Position numbers and translations under genes: made by a program
Assembly (NCBI GenBank): GCA_965235115.1
Contig: OZ249436.1
Coordinates: 30,754,001 to 30,818,000, forward strand
From: Laetmonice hystrix
Taxonomy: Eukaryota
DNA length: 64,000 bases
Direction: 5' to 3'
Notes under the pieces: generated by a model
Seen by the model: the letters and a program-made list of their open reading frames with translations, nothing else
Told to the model about the DNA's origin: nothing
Database searches by the model: none
Part shown: positions 1-12,290 of the stretch, piece after piece
Position numbering within the stretch: the stretch's first letter is position 1
Layout of the letters: each line of letters starts with the position of its first letter

Positions 1-556
1 ACTGTTTGCTTTTGCGCACGTTGGTGGCGGTTGACCGTGACTCATAATGTAACGGCCCCAACGGTCGGTCCTATGTACGTCCAACCCGCTGAGCCTACAC
101 TCACAGCGACTTTCTCCTGTCATATAGACTCGACATTACTCTCAACAATGGGACTGGTTCCATATCAGAGCAGAGATATCACAGTATGAACTCTTTGACA
201 GCTTGAGAGGATCTCTTATCAGATAGAAGCATGTTTTCTCCGAGGAGTCGGTTTTCGCTGCTTATCGGGTGATCTATTACAATGTATACCTACATGTACA
301 CCTACGCAGTGGGGCCCGCCCTAATGACCACGGATGATTAGAGTTCCTCGAAATAACATGGAAATCATCACCTTTTCCACAATGATTGATAAACCACGTC
401 CGGATCGAGGATTTTGCAAGTGGGAAGGTCAGATTTGGCTAAACATTCCGATTCACACGTAACTAGTACAAATATTCACGGGGACATGATCATCAAGTTT
501 TCATTATAACGAAGGATATGGTTGCTGACGTCGTTTGTAATTACGTCGTTTGTAAT

Positions 557-2619
557 CGGCTCAGTCACAATCAGGGTACCCAGTGGTTTGCAAATTGGTC
601 CAATTTTTTTTTTCCTCAAATAGGAGTAAGTCATACAATGATTTTTGCAGAAATGTGTCAGGATTCAAATATAACAAACCCTGTGAAGCATTCGCACTCT
701 GTTTTCGAGATACCAGGTTTCGAATAACATGTGTCCCATGGGGGTACGGACAGGACAGGGCTGCCGACAAACCAAATTCAGATCGTCAAATGACCAAGAG
801 GGCTCTTGAAACAGATGTCAAACCGTGTCCAATCTGATCTCAGACCTACCAATACCATCTGGGCTTATGTTAAGAACAAATGGCAAGCCGAATTGGATGA
901 ACAACCAAACAATAAATTGTATCAGATCAGTCCCGTCGTGAACCAAAGGTATCATCACGGCCTGACCCCGTAGGCATGAAATTGTTTTTACTCGATGCAG
1001 GATTGGTCATTCTAGATTAATCCACGTGTTTTTATTGAAGGGGAGCCACCTCCAGAATGTTATGGCTGTCAATGTCCTTTGACACTGAAGCATCTTTTAC
1101 TTGAGTGTGGTGATTTTACTCTGATCAGACAACGGTTTTATAATGAGACAAGTCTTAAGGACCCTTTTAGCAATGTCAGACCAGTATGTGATTTTAGAGT
1201 TTTTGCCAGAGGCTGCACTTCTCACTCTTTTATAGTTCAGGCTCGTCGATAGCCCTGTTGGGCTGACAGGATTGAGTTTGTTTCAATTCCCGTTGGGGCC
1301 CGGGATAAAATGGGTTCCTTTCACTTTATGTTCTTTTAACCCTGTTTTCGCCATGAAGATGACCCCGGGTGCCGACACGGCGGAAAACCACTACTACTCA
1401 CTCACTCACTCACTCACTGCAATATAATATATGCAAACAGAAACTGATTATGTTCACACATCCTTCCCATTAAATAATGTCCTGTCCGTCCCCCCTTCAT
1501 TATTTTCGGGTTACAGTGCTGCCTATTAAATTAAAGCAGAAATCAGATAGCTTTTAAATTTCTTATTGTTATACATATAATGTAGCAAGTATTGCAAATT
1601 AATGCAGTAATCACAATATTAGCACCAGATTTACTGAACTAAAATACATTTTTGAAGCATATAAGTTTAGGTGGTGCATAACCCGTCAGTAAATTTCCCT
1701 TGTATTAAAACTTGGAGCGAAATATTGCATGAACTAAATGTATTATTGCCTTTACAGTTTATCCAGTAGTAAATAATCAACATATTGTCATATTCACTTG
1801 ATAAAACTTCATCAAATTAAAGCCTATAGCAAGGGGGTACGGACAGGACGACGGGGACGGACAGGACAAAATGCGAGTTGCGTCTTGTTTTCCAGGACGC
1901 AACAGTGTGAAACCTCTTATAAATATTGTATTTAAGGACGTTCAACGAAGGGCTACACATGCACAATATGGCACAAGTAGCTGCTTTTAGAGTAGCGAGA
2001 TGCCCCATGGGGTACGGACAGGACAAAAATTTCTGGAAATAACAGCATGCAAAAGGATTCATGCCTATTTTCATATATGATAACACCCAAACTTTTTTCT
2101 CCATCCCAGTTCCAAATAAACATTATTAAGTTTAAACCAGTGGCATTAGTATGCATTTATGTTGGAAATTACAGATATCAGGTAATGTTTTGGTCATTGT
2201 AATAAAAATATCGCTATTTTGTAACGAACAACACATTATTGAAAACATTCTGGTACTTTCGTCACAGAGGTCAGATTTCAACCAGAATACCTGCATATAA
2301 AGAAAAAATGTTAACAAATTTATTATGCATATCTACATTAGTGTAATTGTAACATTAAACTGACATTTACGTTATGCAAAACTACGTAATTTCATAAGTG
2401 CAAACCCGTAACAACTAAAACCTGCCATTCTTCCACATGTAAAGCCACTTTTAGAAACATGAACTTCAACATCGACCAAAAGAAGGTGCATGGATGTATG
2501 TGTGTTAACAAGACACTTCGCATAATGAACATAAACTGTGGCTATTTATTGGTATAGGTGTGCAAAGGTTGCTGTAACATTACATAGTCCTAAAATGACA
2601 CCTGATTGTGACTGAGCCG
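557..2619. mobile_element. Non-autonomous DNA transposon (~2.06 kb) with 19-bp perfect TIRs and 3-bp TSD; superfamily not assigned
   Basis: CGGCTCAGTCACAATCAGG (557-575) is the exact reverse complement of CCTGATTGTGACTGAGCCG (2601-2619). AAT flanks both ends (554-556, 2620-2622). The motif GGGG(T)ACGGACAGGACA recurs inside at ~741, ~1834, ~1853 and ~2009, and inverted at ~1479-1494. Confidence 0.75.
753..1418 (+). mobile_element. 3' fragment of an RNase H-containing non-LTR retrotransposon (I superfamily, Nimb/I-like): end of ORF2, 3' UTR and (CACT)n tail; frameshifted
   Basis: Joining frames gives DRAA..KRALETDVKPCPI / SDLRPTNTIWAYVKNKWQAELDEQPNNKLYQISPVV / EIVFTRCRIGHSRLIHVFLLKG / EPPPECYGCQCPLTLKHLLLECGDFTLIRQRFY. 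This is the post-RNase H region plus a C-x2-C-x7-H-x4-C knuckle typical of I-clade ORF2. The element ends in (CACT)n at ~1395-1418. The 5' boundary is approximate. Confidence 0.85.
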
Positions 2620-5600
2620 AATGGTAAAGTATGTCATAATAAATGTATTCAGTATAATGGTGTAATATTTGGAATCTTTAGAGATAAATAATTAGCCTAT
2701 CCGACACATAAGTAATTATTAACTGAACCAATTAAATATCTAAACTGCTGCGTAGTACTTAAATTAACTTTGTGGTAACTTTTGGGGGGGTTAAGCCTTT
2801 ATCGAGTAGAAAATTAACACGACTTAGCAAGAATCTTCCTCAGTCAGCTTAGAATAGGAATCACCTCAGACGGGTTGTCTTCAGTGCGTGACTAACTGGC
2901 ACACAACAGGTGACAGGGTCTGTTTGATAAAAAATTGACTTCTTTCCAGTCCGACTGCCTCCCCCGACCCTAACTTCTGACCTCTAAACCACACGAGGTC
3001 ACATCAATGGCTGACTTTACACCTACCTGCTGCCAATACAGCTCATAATAAACATCAGGAATGGAAAAAGTTTCCGGAATATTCCAGTCCCTGACAAACA
3101 ATATGTGGATCATGCCACTCACGTACCCCTCCCCTCACCCCCAAGATTATCTGACGATCACGTTCACATACCGTGAGGTGAATGCCTAAAATTACTCCCC
3201 CTTTAAAAGTTTCCAAAAAGGACATCTCCTCCTTTGTCCCTTTGTTTACCGTGAACGTGGCAGATGTCAATAAGGATGTTGGCCTTGCTGACGTCACACC
3301 TTTCTGACCCGTACCCGTCTTTCAGTTTCTGAACAAAGACCAAAATTACTTAAACCTAATGATTTATCATTCTGCGAAATTTGTAAATTTGAAACCTCCA
3401 TTACAAGTGAATCACGAAGGATGGGGCAGTGAAAAGCTTGACTGGAACTCAACGTCACTATTCAAAATAGAATTTATCAAGTTATCTAAAGCCGTACAGT
3501 TGATCCTTCTTTGTCAGCGCTAATGGCAATTCGGCAATTTCACGCATGTCAGGAATATGTAATGTATGTAAACTCCTGTATTATATTGACGTGTCATTAA
3601 CCTGGGTGAAGATCTATTATGGTTTTTCTAATCTGTAAACAGTTTTCCAAATTTAAGTCCAATTATATTCCCAAGAAAGGTAGGACCCTAATTGACATAC
3701 TGGAAAAAACAAGGTTCATAAACTGAGGTCAATCGATGAATTTAGTTTAATGGACCCATCCTTTCATAATCTCTTAAATCTGCCACCAGAACAAACAAAC
3801 AAAAACAGCAAATACTGAAAATTATTAAAATACCATGTATATGACAAGGAAGCAAACGTAATTTCCCGATTTGGATTAGGATATGATGTAATGCCTGGAA
3901 ATTTCACAGGAAAATATAACTTTTTCGGTCCTCCCACTCTCCAAATACGGATATCAGGGAGCATTTTAAGTTATACTTACTGAACAATCTAATCATGTAT
4001 TCTATGCAGGCCCTTCAGAACCTACCACGATTTACGTCAAACGTGAGACCATTTCAACACTGCATGGTCACTTTGAGTGCTTCCTGCTGCCACGCAAATC
4101 TAAATATCAGACTATAATCGGTCACCGACTTTTCCTGGCGAACCCTCTGCATACTTGCACCAAGTGCAAACATCTGAAGTTCCATCTTCCTATGACAGTC
4201 CTCGGGCCATTTTCAGGTGCAAACCCCCACTGTATCCCGGATATTCTCCACGTTGCTCCCACTTACCAAGTAACGATCACAGGACAAAGCCCCCATTTTC
4301 TCCCTGACACACCTGCCAGCAGACCGTTCATGACACGCGTTCGAGGTCAGCTCGTTTTGCCCACCAAAGCGAACACGTCGCAAGACGTTGAGGTGTTCTT
4401 GGCGCGCCGTGGCGGGAGGTTCCCGTTTGACGATTCTCATCACGTCACTGTCTCAGTCCGTGTCTGACTGTACTGTAATAATACACAATACACGGGGTAA
4501 CGTACCACCTTGAGATCTGACGTCTGGACCATCCCTTCTGACGTTTATACCGACGCCGCCTCTTCAAGTTCAACAAAGAACAACGACCAAACCCCAAAGG
4601 AAAATGCTCGGTTCAGAATGGAACGGGGTTTAAACCCCAATTTAATAGACCAAGGGCTGATCTCCCCACCCCCGCCCCCAACAAAAGGAATGTCTTTACA
4701 CAATTATTCAATAAAACATGCATTTTCCAGGTTTTATTTTTAGTCTGATTTTCGTTCATTTTCTTGCCTAAAACGAAATAAAGCACTTCTAGAGCAGGAA
4801 AGCTGTCAGTACTAAACATTTTACCTTGTGCCCTTCCCTTTGAAAGAGAAAGATCCTTCTCGAACAACACACTTACGTAATTCCGAATGTTACCTTATTC
4901 ACATTCCTTATCAAAATTAGCCCAGTGTACTCGTCATAATGCCTAACCATAGCCTTGAGGGTAACTACATCCTGTAATGTAATAGTTCTCAGGCCGAGAA
5001 CTTCTTGCCGCTCTGTCGCCATGCTTGGAGTCATTTGCGTCTTGGGTAAAACGCCTTTAGGGAGTGGTAACCCTCTTTAAACGGTTGGGCTTGACTAGCT
5101 AGTAACTTAATTGCCGCACTAAATGACACAAAACAGGATGTATAACTGAAACAGGGGTCTCATCCGACAGCACTGTCGTGAACACCTTTAAAAGTGTCTC
5201 GCGGCGGTTCATCTGGAGTTTAAAGGCTATACAGTCACGAGACAGGTAATCTGATCAGGGAGCCATCATGTCGAGTTACTTCAACTGCTGTCTGTATCAT
5301 TGTTGATATGCCTTCCCTGTACTGATAACCTTCGATAACTCTACAGGGGGCAAGGCCCACAGGAGATGCACTGCCCGCATTTTGTGTCTTCTTCACTGAC
5401 TTTTTGGAAAACACCGTAATCTATTACCAAACAACTTGCCAAGTTCTGCCCACGCAAAACATCAAATTTCGCGATTTAAGTAAAGGGTGGGTCTACGGTT
5501 CACCAAGGACATCTTTACGTAGCGTCTGTTTCGGCGTTTACTGGATTGCTCGGTTGTGTATTGTCTTCTTTTACTGTCTGAACATGATTCCATGAACTCC

Positions 5601-6367
5601 ATGCAATGTGCATGGCACTACCTAAAAACACCCCAGCCAGCAAAGTTCGGACCTTGTTCCCACTCAAATAAACCTCTGGCTACCTTACGTCAGTAAACTT
5701 ATTCCCATTCTTTGACGGCTTCTTTTGATGTAGGCTTACCACTTGGAAAAAGCACACATAGAGAGTGCGAAATTGGAAATCATCCACCGGTTTAACGCTC
5801 TAAGCTGTTGACATAAAGAACATGCTACAAATCTTAGAGAAGATCAAAGTATTTCCGAATAGTCTTTCCGCTCCATCTTCAACTCCATATACTGAAAGTC
5901 TGTGTCTGTATACAGTATAAATATGTATTATAAGAAACGATGAACCAGCGCGACCGTCAGGATAATTCTGAAGATCAAGTCTGTTTTTACCAGTCCACCA
6001 GACAGATTGTTGGCCAGCTGTAAGTCTGGATCCCCGTGATAGGCGGCCAAGATGGAAGGGTAATTCTCATCTTTACAGCAGTGTGACGTTTGGAACCGAT
6101 TGCCAAGCCAGATTTTTAGAATCCAATTGAAATATCGATTATACAATTATATAATTATGGTCTGCCAAATCTAAAAACCGACCACACCAGCTTCCCCGGA
6201 ACAAGGACTGTACACAGTATTAGTTTAGGTTTTTGCCTCGCAATTACTCTCGATGGTCTGGATCAGAGACGATTTTTTATGTAGTTCTACGCTGAAGCTC
6301 AATCAATACGTAACATTTTGCAACATGATGAGTAGCAGCTAATTGTAATGAATACCCAATAGGCACT

Positions 6368-6581
6368 CGATACGCATGTTCTCCCCTTTTCTATTGGTCT
6401 CTGCTTCTTGAAGATGAGATAGATAAGATAGATAGATAAGGTTCGGTTTAGGGTTAGTCTCAATTTGAAGAAGGAATTCACCCATTGCGCCCACCACGAG
6501 GCGCGCTGGGTGAAACTCTCTTCTTGGAGAAGGAGAGACCAAGAGATTTCTCTCTTCTGGAAGGGGAGAACATGCGTATCG
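6368..6581. mobile_element. Short inverted-repeat element (MITE/HINE-like)
   Basis: Perfect 21-bp inverted repeat CGATACGCATGTTCTCCCCTT (6368-6388) / AAGGGGAGAACATGCGTATCG (6561-6581), extending imperfectly outward. The interior has (GATA)n and a GGTTTAGGGTTAG motif. Confidence 0.55.
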
Positions 6582-7757
6582 GCTGCAATAGGAGACATCG
6601 ACTGACGTTAGGAGAGTCTTTCAAGGAGAAGCAATTCTCCAGCCTTCCAAAAACAAAAACCAAAGACGCCAAAGCTAAGATCAGTGTACAATCAATGCGA
6701 AGAAGACATATTGATTGCAGGAACCATCCAACAAAGGATTATAATACCTCTAACTGTCACACCGTGCGGTAAGTCCAAATCTCTTTCCTGGCTCCCTTCT
6801 TGGACGACAGCCTTATACGGTAAAGCTCTGGAGTGTGGCCAAGTCTACATGATCAGTCTTTGGGTCGACCATATCCATCCTCAACCTTTGGCACATAGTG
6901 ATGCTCCTGTTGGTAAGCCAGATTTCCTGTTCGATCGGCACAGTGCAAGTAGTCCCTGGCAGTCACACTGGAGCCCACACCTCATGCACGGAACAAGCTG
7001 TCACTGGGACAGCATAAAAACAATATTTACAAACCACGATTTTCCTGCGTATCCGGCAGTTCCACTGCTACTTGTCTCACCTTGTAGGAAAGATGATGGA
7101 TCGACCTGGCAAGATGCCAACTATCCTGTCACTAGATTACTTCCAGTAAGCAGTATTTTACCTAGGTACCGCTAGGTTTTCAGTGAGGATAGCAATCAGT
7201 GTTCGTGGGTCGTACAGCAAGCTCCATAGACCAACATATACTATTAGGCCATAGAGGTGCCGATCTACATGGCTTTACTGGAACTGACAATGATGAAATC
7301 CCATCTGAAGCGATAAGCTCTAGAGTCTAGATTATGCCTGGCTAATAAACTCCCAACAATAAATCAGAGTCCATACGGGGTTGGGGGAATTATTCTTCTG
7401 ATTTATTCTTTAAATCCATTATGATTTCCTCTGGTCAGTTTGCACACGATATGCACAGGGGACGTCACATACCAGACAACCCTGTAACACACACCCGCCA
7501 TCATGTAAATGAGTAAATCATTGTGCTGTGCTGATGTGAGACCGAGCCCAACAGAGACGGTCCATTAGGGGCCGGCTGGCCCCGATATCATCTCTCAATG
7601 CCTCACATATATATCAATGCCATCCGATTAACAGTGCTGACAACGTAATCATGGCGATCGGTTTAACGGGGAAATCTGCAACCCTCCATTAATCCATGTT
7701 GGACTCATCAATCTAACTTTTACTGTGCACTGGCATTGGGAAAAATCGACATCATTA

Positions 7758-8432
7758 ATACCAGAAACTGCATGACGTATTACCATCACGCATCATGAAA
7801 TGTGGTGGTAGTGGTGGAGGTGGAGTATAAAACTGCATCACGTATTACCATCACACAGACACATCATGAAATGTGGTGGTGGTGGTGGAGTATAAAACCT
7901 ATACCAGAAACTGCATCACGTATTACCATCACACAGACACATCATGAAATGTGGTGGTGGTGGTGGGGTATAAAACCTATACCAGAGACTGCATGACGTA
8001 TTACCATCACACATCATGAAATGTGGTGTTGGTGGTGGAGTATAAAACCTACACCAGAAACTGCATCACGTTTTACCATCACACATCATGAAATGTGGTG
8101 GTGGTGGGGTATAAAACCTATACCAGAAACTGCATCACGTATTACCATCACACATCATGAAATGTGGTGGTGGTGGGGTATAAAACCTATACCAGAAACT
8201 GCATCACGTATTACCATCACACATCATGAAATGTGGTGGTGGTGGGGTATAAAACCTATACCAGAAACTGCATCACGTATTACCATCACACATCATGAAT
8301 TGTGGTGGTGGTGGTGGGGTATAAAACCTACACCAGAGACTGCATCACGTATTACCATCACACATCATGAATTGTGGTGGTGGTGGTGGTGGGGTATAAA
8401 ACCTTTATCAGAGACTGCATCACGCATCATAT
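7758..8432. repeat. Minisatellite, ~69-bp unit (69-78) with an internal (TGG)n tract, about 9-10 copies
   Basis: Unit TACCAGAAACTGCATCACGTATTACCATCACACATCATGAAATG(TGG)nGGTATAAAACCTA; core units start at 8121, 8190 and 8259. Confidence 0.97.
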
Positions 8433-10019
8433 AATGTGGTGTACACCAGACATACGGGGGATAAAAAAAACCTGATACAGTACGTTATACCTCGTGTATA
8501 TCGTGGGAGTCTGCAGATTCTAACGTCATGGGACTGCATGTCACACACATTACTTGCAAATACCGCTAAGATGCAAAGATGCGGCCGAAATATGTCAGGC
8601 AAGTGCATCTAATTTTCTAAATTTTATGATGGAGGCATTTGCACCCACTCCAGGGATTCGCACCATAAGTGCGAAAGATCTCATCGCAGGCCACCCTAAA
8701 CTTCCACAACATGCCCTCTGACCCCATACACATCAACCTGGTGGAAAAAAAATTTCATGATGTTAAATGATGATTTCATTAAACTATAGCAGAAATTTAA
8801 CACCAGTGAGAACCAGAGAGTTTGCCCTTTCTGGATTCATTGATGGACGGATCATGTTACCTTACTCTAAAGCCTTTGGGTACTTTCTTTCAGATCTGTT
8901 TACCGTACCCTTCTTTATGCCCCTTTCCCCTACCTGAGCCTCCTTTCCAGCCCAGTTAGTGTCATGCTGTTGTCAGTTAGCGACGTTCTTCACCCAGTTC
9001 TAAATTCAGTTTTATGTCTGAATTCATCCATTGGTCAACAGATAGGTTCTATACACCCAGATGGCCACTGGCGTCTTGTCCTTAGATGCCCTATTCCCCA
9101 CGCGGGTAATATGACCTATTGTCAATCACGCTGCCACAGCGACATAGGCCTACACCTCACCGTACTCCAAAACTGAGTGGTTTCGAAGATTTCTAGAATT
9201 ACAGTTAGGTTTTTCATTGGCGGCAAACTGCATTTTTGTTTACAGGTTGCTATAATGCCTAAGGTAAATTGAATAATTGGAGCACTATTCACCAGGTACG
9301 GTCGGTACAGGTATTAGTATGTCCCGTAAATTGATAATGAACATTGGATAAGGTTCACAGTATTAGTAACCAATCACAATTACGGTTACCACTGCCCCAC
9401 GCCATGGGCCAGATCTGTGATGTCCCATGTATCAAAGTAATGTTCTCAAGAGTGAGAAAAATATAAAATATAGGGAATTTGGTTAAGTAAATTACATGAA
9501 TGAATATAATAAAAAACGAAAATTATAGCGAAGTAGAGGATCTTTACGAGTAACAACAGCTGGTGGAGAGACAGCTGGTATAACGTCGACCATCAACAAG
9601 CCTGTATAAACACTGTGTGGATATATTCGTGGAAGTCAACATTGTAACAAAACCATTAATTCCTTGGAATTGTTCAGTCTTCCATTTCCTGAAAAGATTG
9701 AACCGCCCACAGTATAATACATCTAAACATCTATCAATATCAAATCGGAACCTCCGATAAGTTTGAATCAGCTCTGACAGTGAGGTTTCTACTTGAAACT
9801 TGCTCCGTTCGTTTAATGAATCGAGCAGATACCAGCTGGGTTTGCAATGCGACAAAGATTACGGATTTGAATATTTAATCCACACTGCGCAATATATTAG
9901 ATCATCTTAGACAAAGCTTCCGAAAAAAATCCCCATTTGCGTGTCCTGCCCACATCCGGGCTTGTCTTCCATTCGAGACCAGGCCATGAAATAGCATTTT
10001 GACCTCAGCGGCCTCGGAC

Positions 10020-10740
10020 CTTCAACACAGAATACCTTGTACGTAATGGCTCGCCACAGGTAGGCTAACCTTTTTGAAGTGCTCATCAGCAGATGGAAAC
10101 ATTTTGGCCCAGTCCATTCTTTCAGTCACGACTCCCCGCTTAAGGACATGACCTCCCAACTCCTCCCATCCAAACGCACAACAACAACGCACAATTCGCC
10201 ATTTCACAAGTTATCATTTCACTGGCAAAAATACAACCTTTTCATCACTAACCTCCTGAGGTGTGCTGTGCATGAGTTACAGGATTTCCTCCTGCGATGA
10301 TTACACCTTCACTTCAAATCCTTTGTAGCACAGGATCCCAGATAAAATCCCCTGTCATAAATTCGATGCACATCTTAAAGTTTTCGTTTTGCTGCGCCAC
10401 ATGTCCGACGGAAGCCATGGTCATTAAGATGCAAGCAGTGTTTACCTGTTTTGTTGTCTGAATACTGGTACAACACAAGCGGTTTGCTCCGATCTGATAC
10501 CGTACGTACATGAATCCAAGGATGAGTTATAGTTACAAGCACTGCTTGCAGTCCCGAACATGGCGCTTTAAGAATGAATGGAGGCCGTTGTTCCTCGTTG
10601 TTGCCGCCATGGTTTGCCTACCTGCACGTTTGGAGTGACCCGAGAACAGTATACACAGGGACACCGAGTACCTGCTGGATATCGACCCAGTTTCATATCC
10701 ATTGGCCTCGTATGATTTGTGAGTATTTAATCTCACATGC
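10020..10740 (-). mobile_element. Heavily decayed BEL/Pao LTR-retrotransposon integrase relic
   Basis: Minus-strand peptides occur in BEL/Pao integrase order: GHSKRAGRQTMAATTRNNG..LKRHVRDCKQC (HHCC zinc-finger-like, ~10640-10540), SDR (~10490), then KWRIV..AFGWEE..ERMDWA.KMFPSADEHFKKVSL (C-terminal DUF5641-like 'V.PS.DG.VRKV', ~10205-10065). Many indels; recognised by eye only. Confidence 0.5.
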
Positions 10741-11696
10741 TATATAAGAAACAGGAACCATTTGGCAAGGACTTTCTTCTTTCTTTCACTTGTCGGTGTG
10801 TGGGATTGGGTGGGATGGTTGAGTTGGGAAACAGGGCAGCTACAAATGTATTAGATTTTTTTGACTACATCTAAAGTTTGTCGTAATTCTGATTCTGTTG
10901 ATAACTCTTTGGTTAATTCCATACAGAGTCAGATTTGATGTACACAAACATATGGAAATATGTTCCTTACTTTATGTTTATGAACTGATGTTGATCGAGT
11001 CGACTTTCTTCATCTGTTCACCAAGCAACCTTTGACATCTTCCTTGACAGCGTCTCTAAACGATGCCATTGTATCCTGATAAATCGTTCTGAATTATTGC
11101 TGCTGGACAGGTGTCTACCAGGTGAATAACTTCTCCTCTTTCATAACAATCTGATCCCTGCCACGGACCCCTGACTATCTGAGACGTCCCATATTTTTTT
11201 AGTTGTTTGCGAGTTGTGAGGTGAACTTTTCACAACATTCATATAACAATGAACCCCTAACTGATTCCAGTCAGGTACACGTAGCACCATTCTTTTGTCT
11301 GGATCAAGACCACTTGAAACCCATCAATCTATTTTCAAAGTGAAACTTAACTGGGCCGTTCCCATTATGTACGGAGCTTGGAATGAATGAGCTGACCTTT
11401 CACAAGGGCTTGATATTCCTTCATGCTACCCTGTACTCGAGAAATCATTTCACTCTAAGAACATTGTGTAATAATGTTTTCTTGGCAATCACTTTCTAAT
11501 ATATGCCAGTGGTTACGGCTTGACTAAATATCAACACGAGAACTAGTCCGAAATGAACTTGGATAAAACTATTCTTTAAGGGGAGAAATAGCGGTCACAC
11601 AGGATCTCATTCTGGGTGATCTGTTTAAAAGCTTACATCACTTAAATGGCACAGATATGAGAACAAAATGGAATCTATTTAAAGAGACCATCTTAA

Positions 11697-12290
11697 GGAC
11701 AAGTGCTAGTGTGAGGCCAAAAAATTTTTTGAGACAGATTTTTTTTTAAATTTTGCAGATATTTGCAGTATGTTATCCTCTTTCAAAATTCAGCAAAAAA
11801 ATCATACCTCACCGGCTTAGTTTTTTTGTTAAGAGCGTTTGAAGTTGGTATTTTCTACATGTTAATGAATACAGTTTTTTTTTTTACCACTTTTTTTTGT
11901 CAGAACGGTGTTATGACAAATAGAAGTGGTTAAAAAAAAAAAAAAAAAAAGAGAGAATTTTTTTTTTTTGACTTTGAACCTTTTTTACTGGTGTAAATGA
12001 GCAAAAGTGAAAATGTTCAAAATCAAACATTTTTTTTTTACCACTTCTATAACTTGAAGACCGTTATGACAAATAAAAATGGTAAAAAAAAAAAAAAAAA
12101 AATTCTAAACACTAATTATTAATTACCATGACGAACATATCAATTTCAAACGCTCTTAACAAAAAAACTAACCCGGTGAGGTATCATTTTTTTGGTGAAT
12201 TTTGAAAGAGGACAACATACTCTGTTTATCTGCAAAATTAAAAAAAAATCTGTCAAAAAAAAAATTTTGCCCTCAGACTAGCACTTGTCC
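11697..12290. mobile_element. Foldback MITE with TTAA TSD and GG...CC termini (Kolobok-like)
   Basis: TTAA|GGACAAGTGCTAGT ... ACTAGCACTTGTCC|TTAA (TSDs 11693-11696 and 12291-12294). Imperfect inverted arms are ~170 bp. An internal direct repeat TTTTACCACTT..GTTATGACAAATA..TGGT(T)AAAAA occurs twice. Confidence 0.85.

Noticed and set aside
4980..6100. Possible further BEL/Pao pol fragments (e.g. minus-strand ATERQEVLGL)
   Set aside because: Only one short motif resembles pol, and I could not find collinear RT motifs by eye.
6684..7175. Longest ORF in the track (163 aa)
   Set aside because: GTG start, no recognisable domain, composition like translated non-coding DNA.
7802..8434. Poly-Trp repeat ORFs (MWWWWGIKPIPETASRITITHHE)n
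   Set aside because: They are a by-product of a 69-bp unit with a (TGG)n tract; some units contain TGA and there is no splice context.
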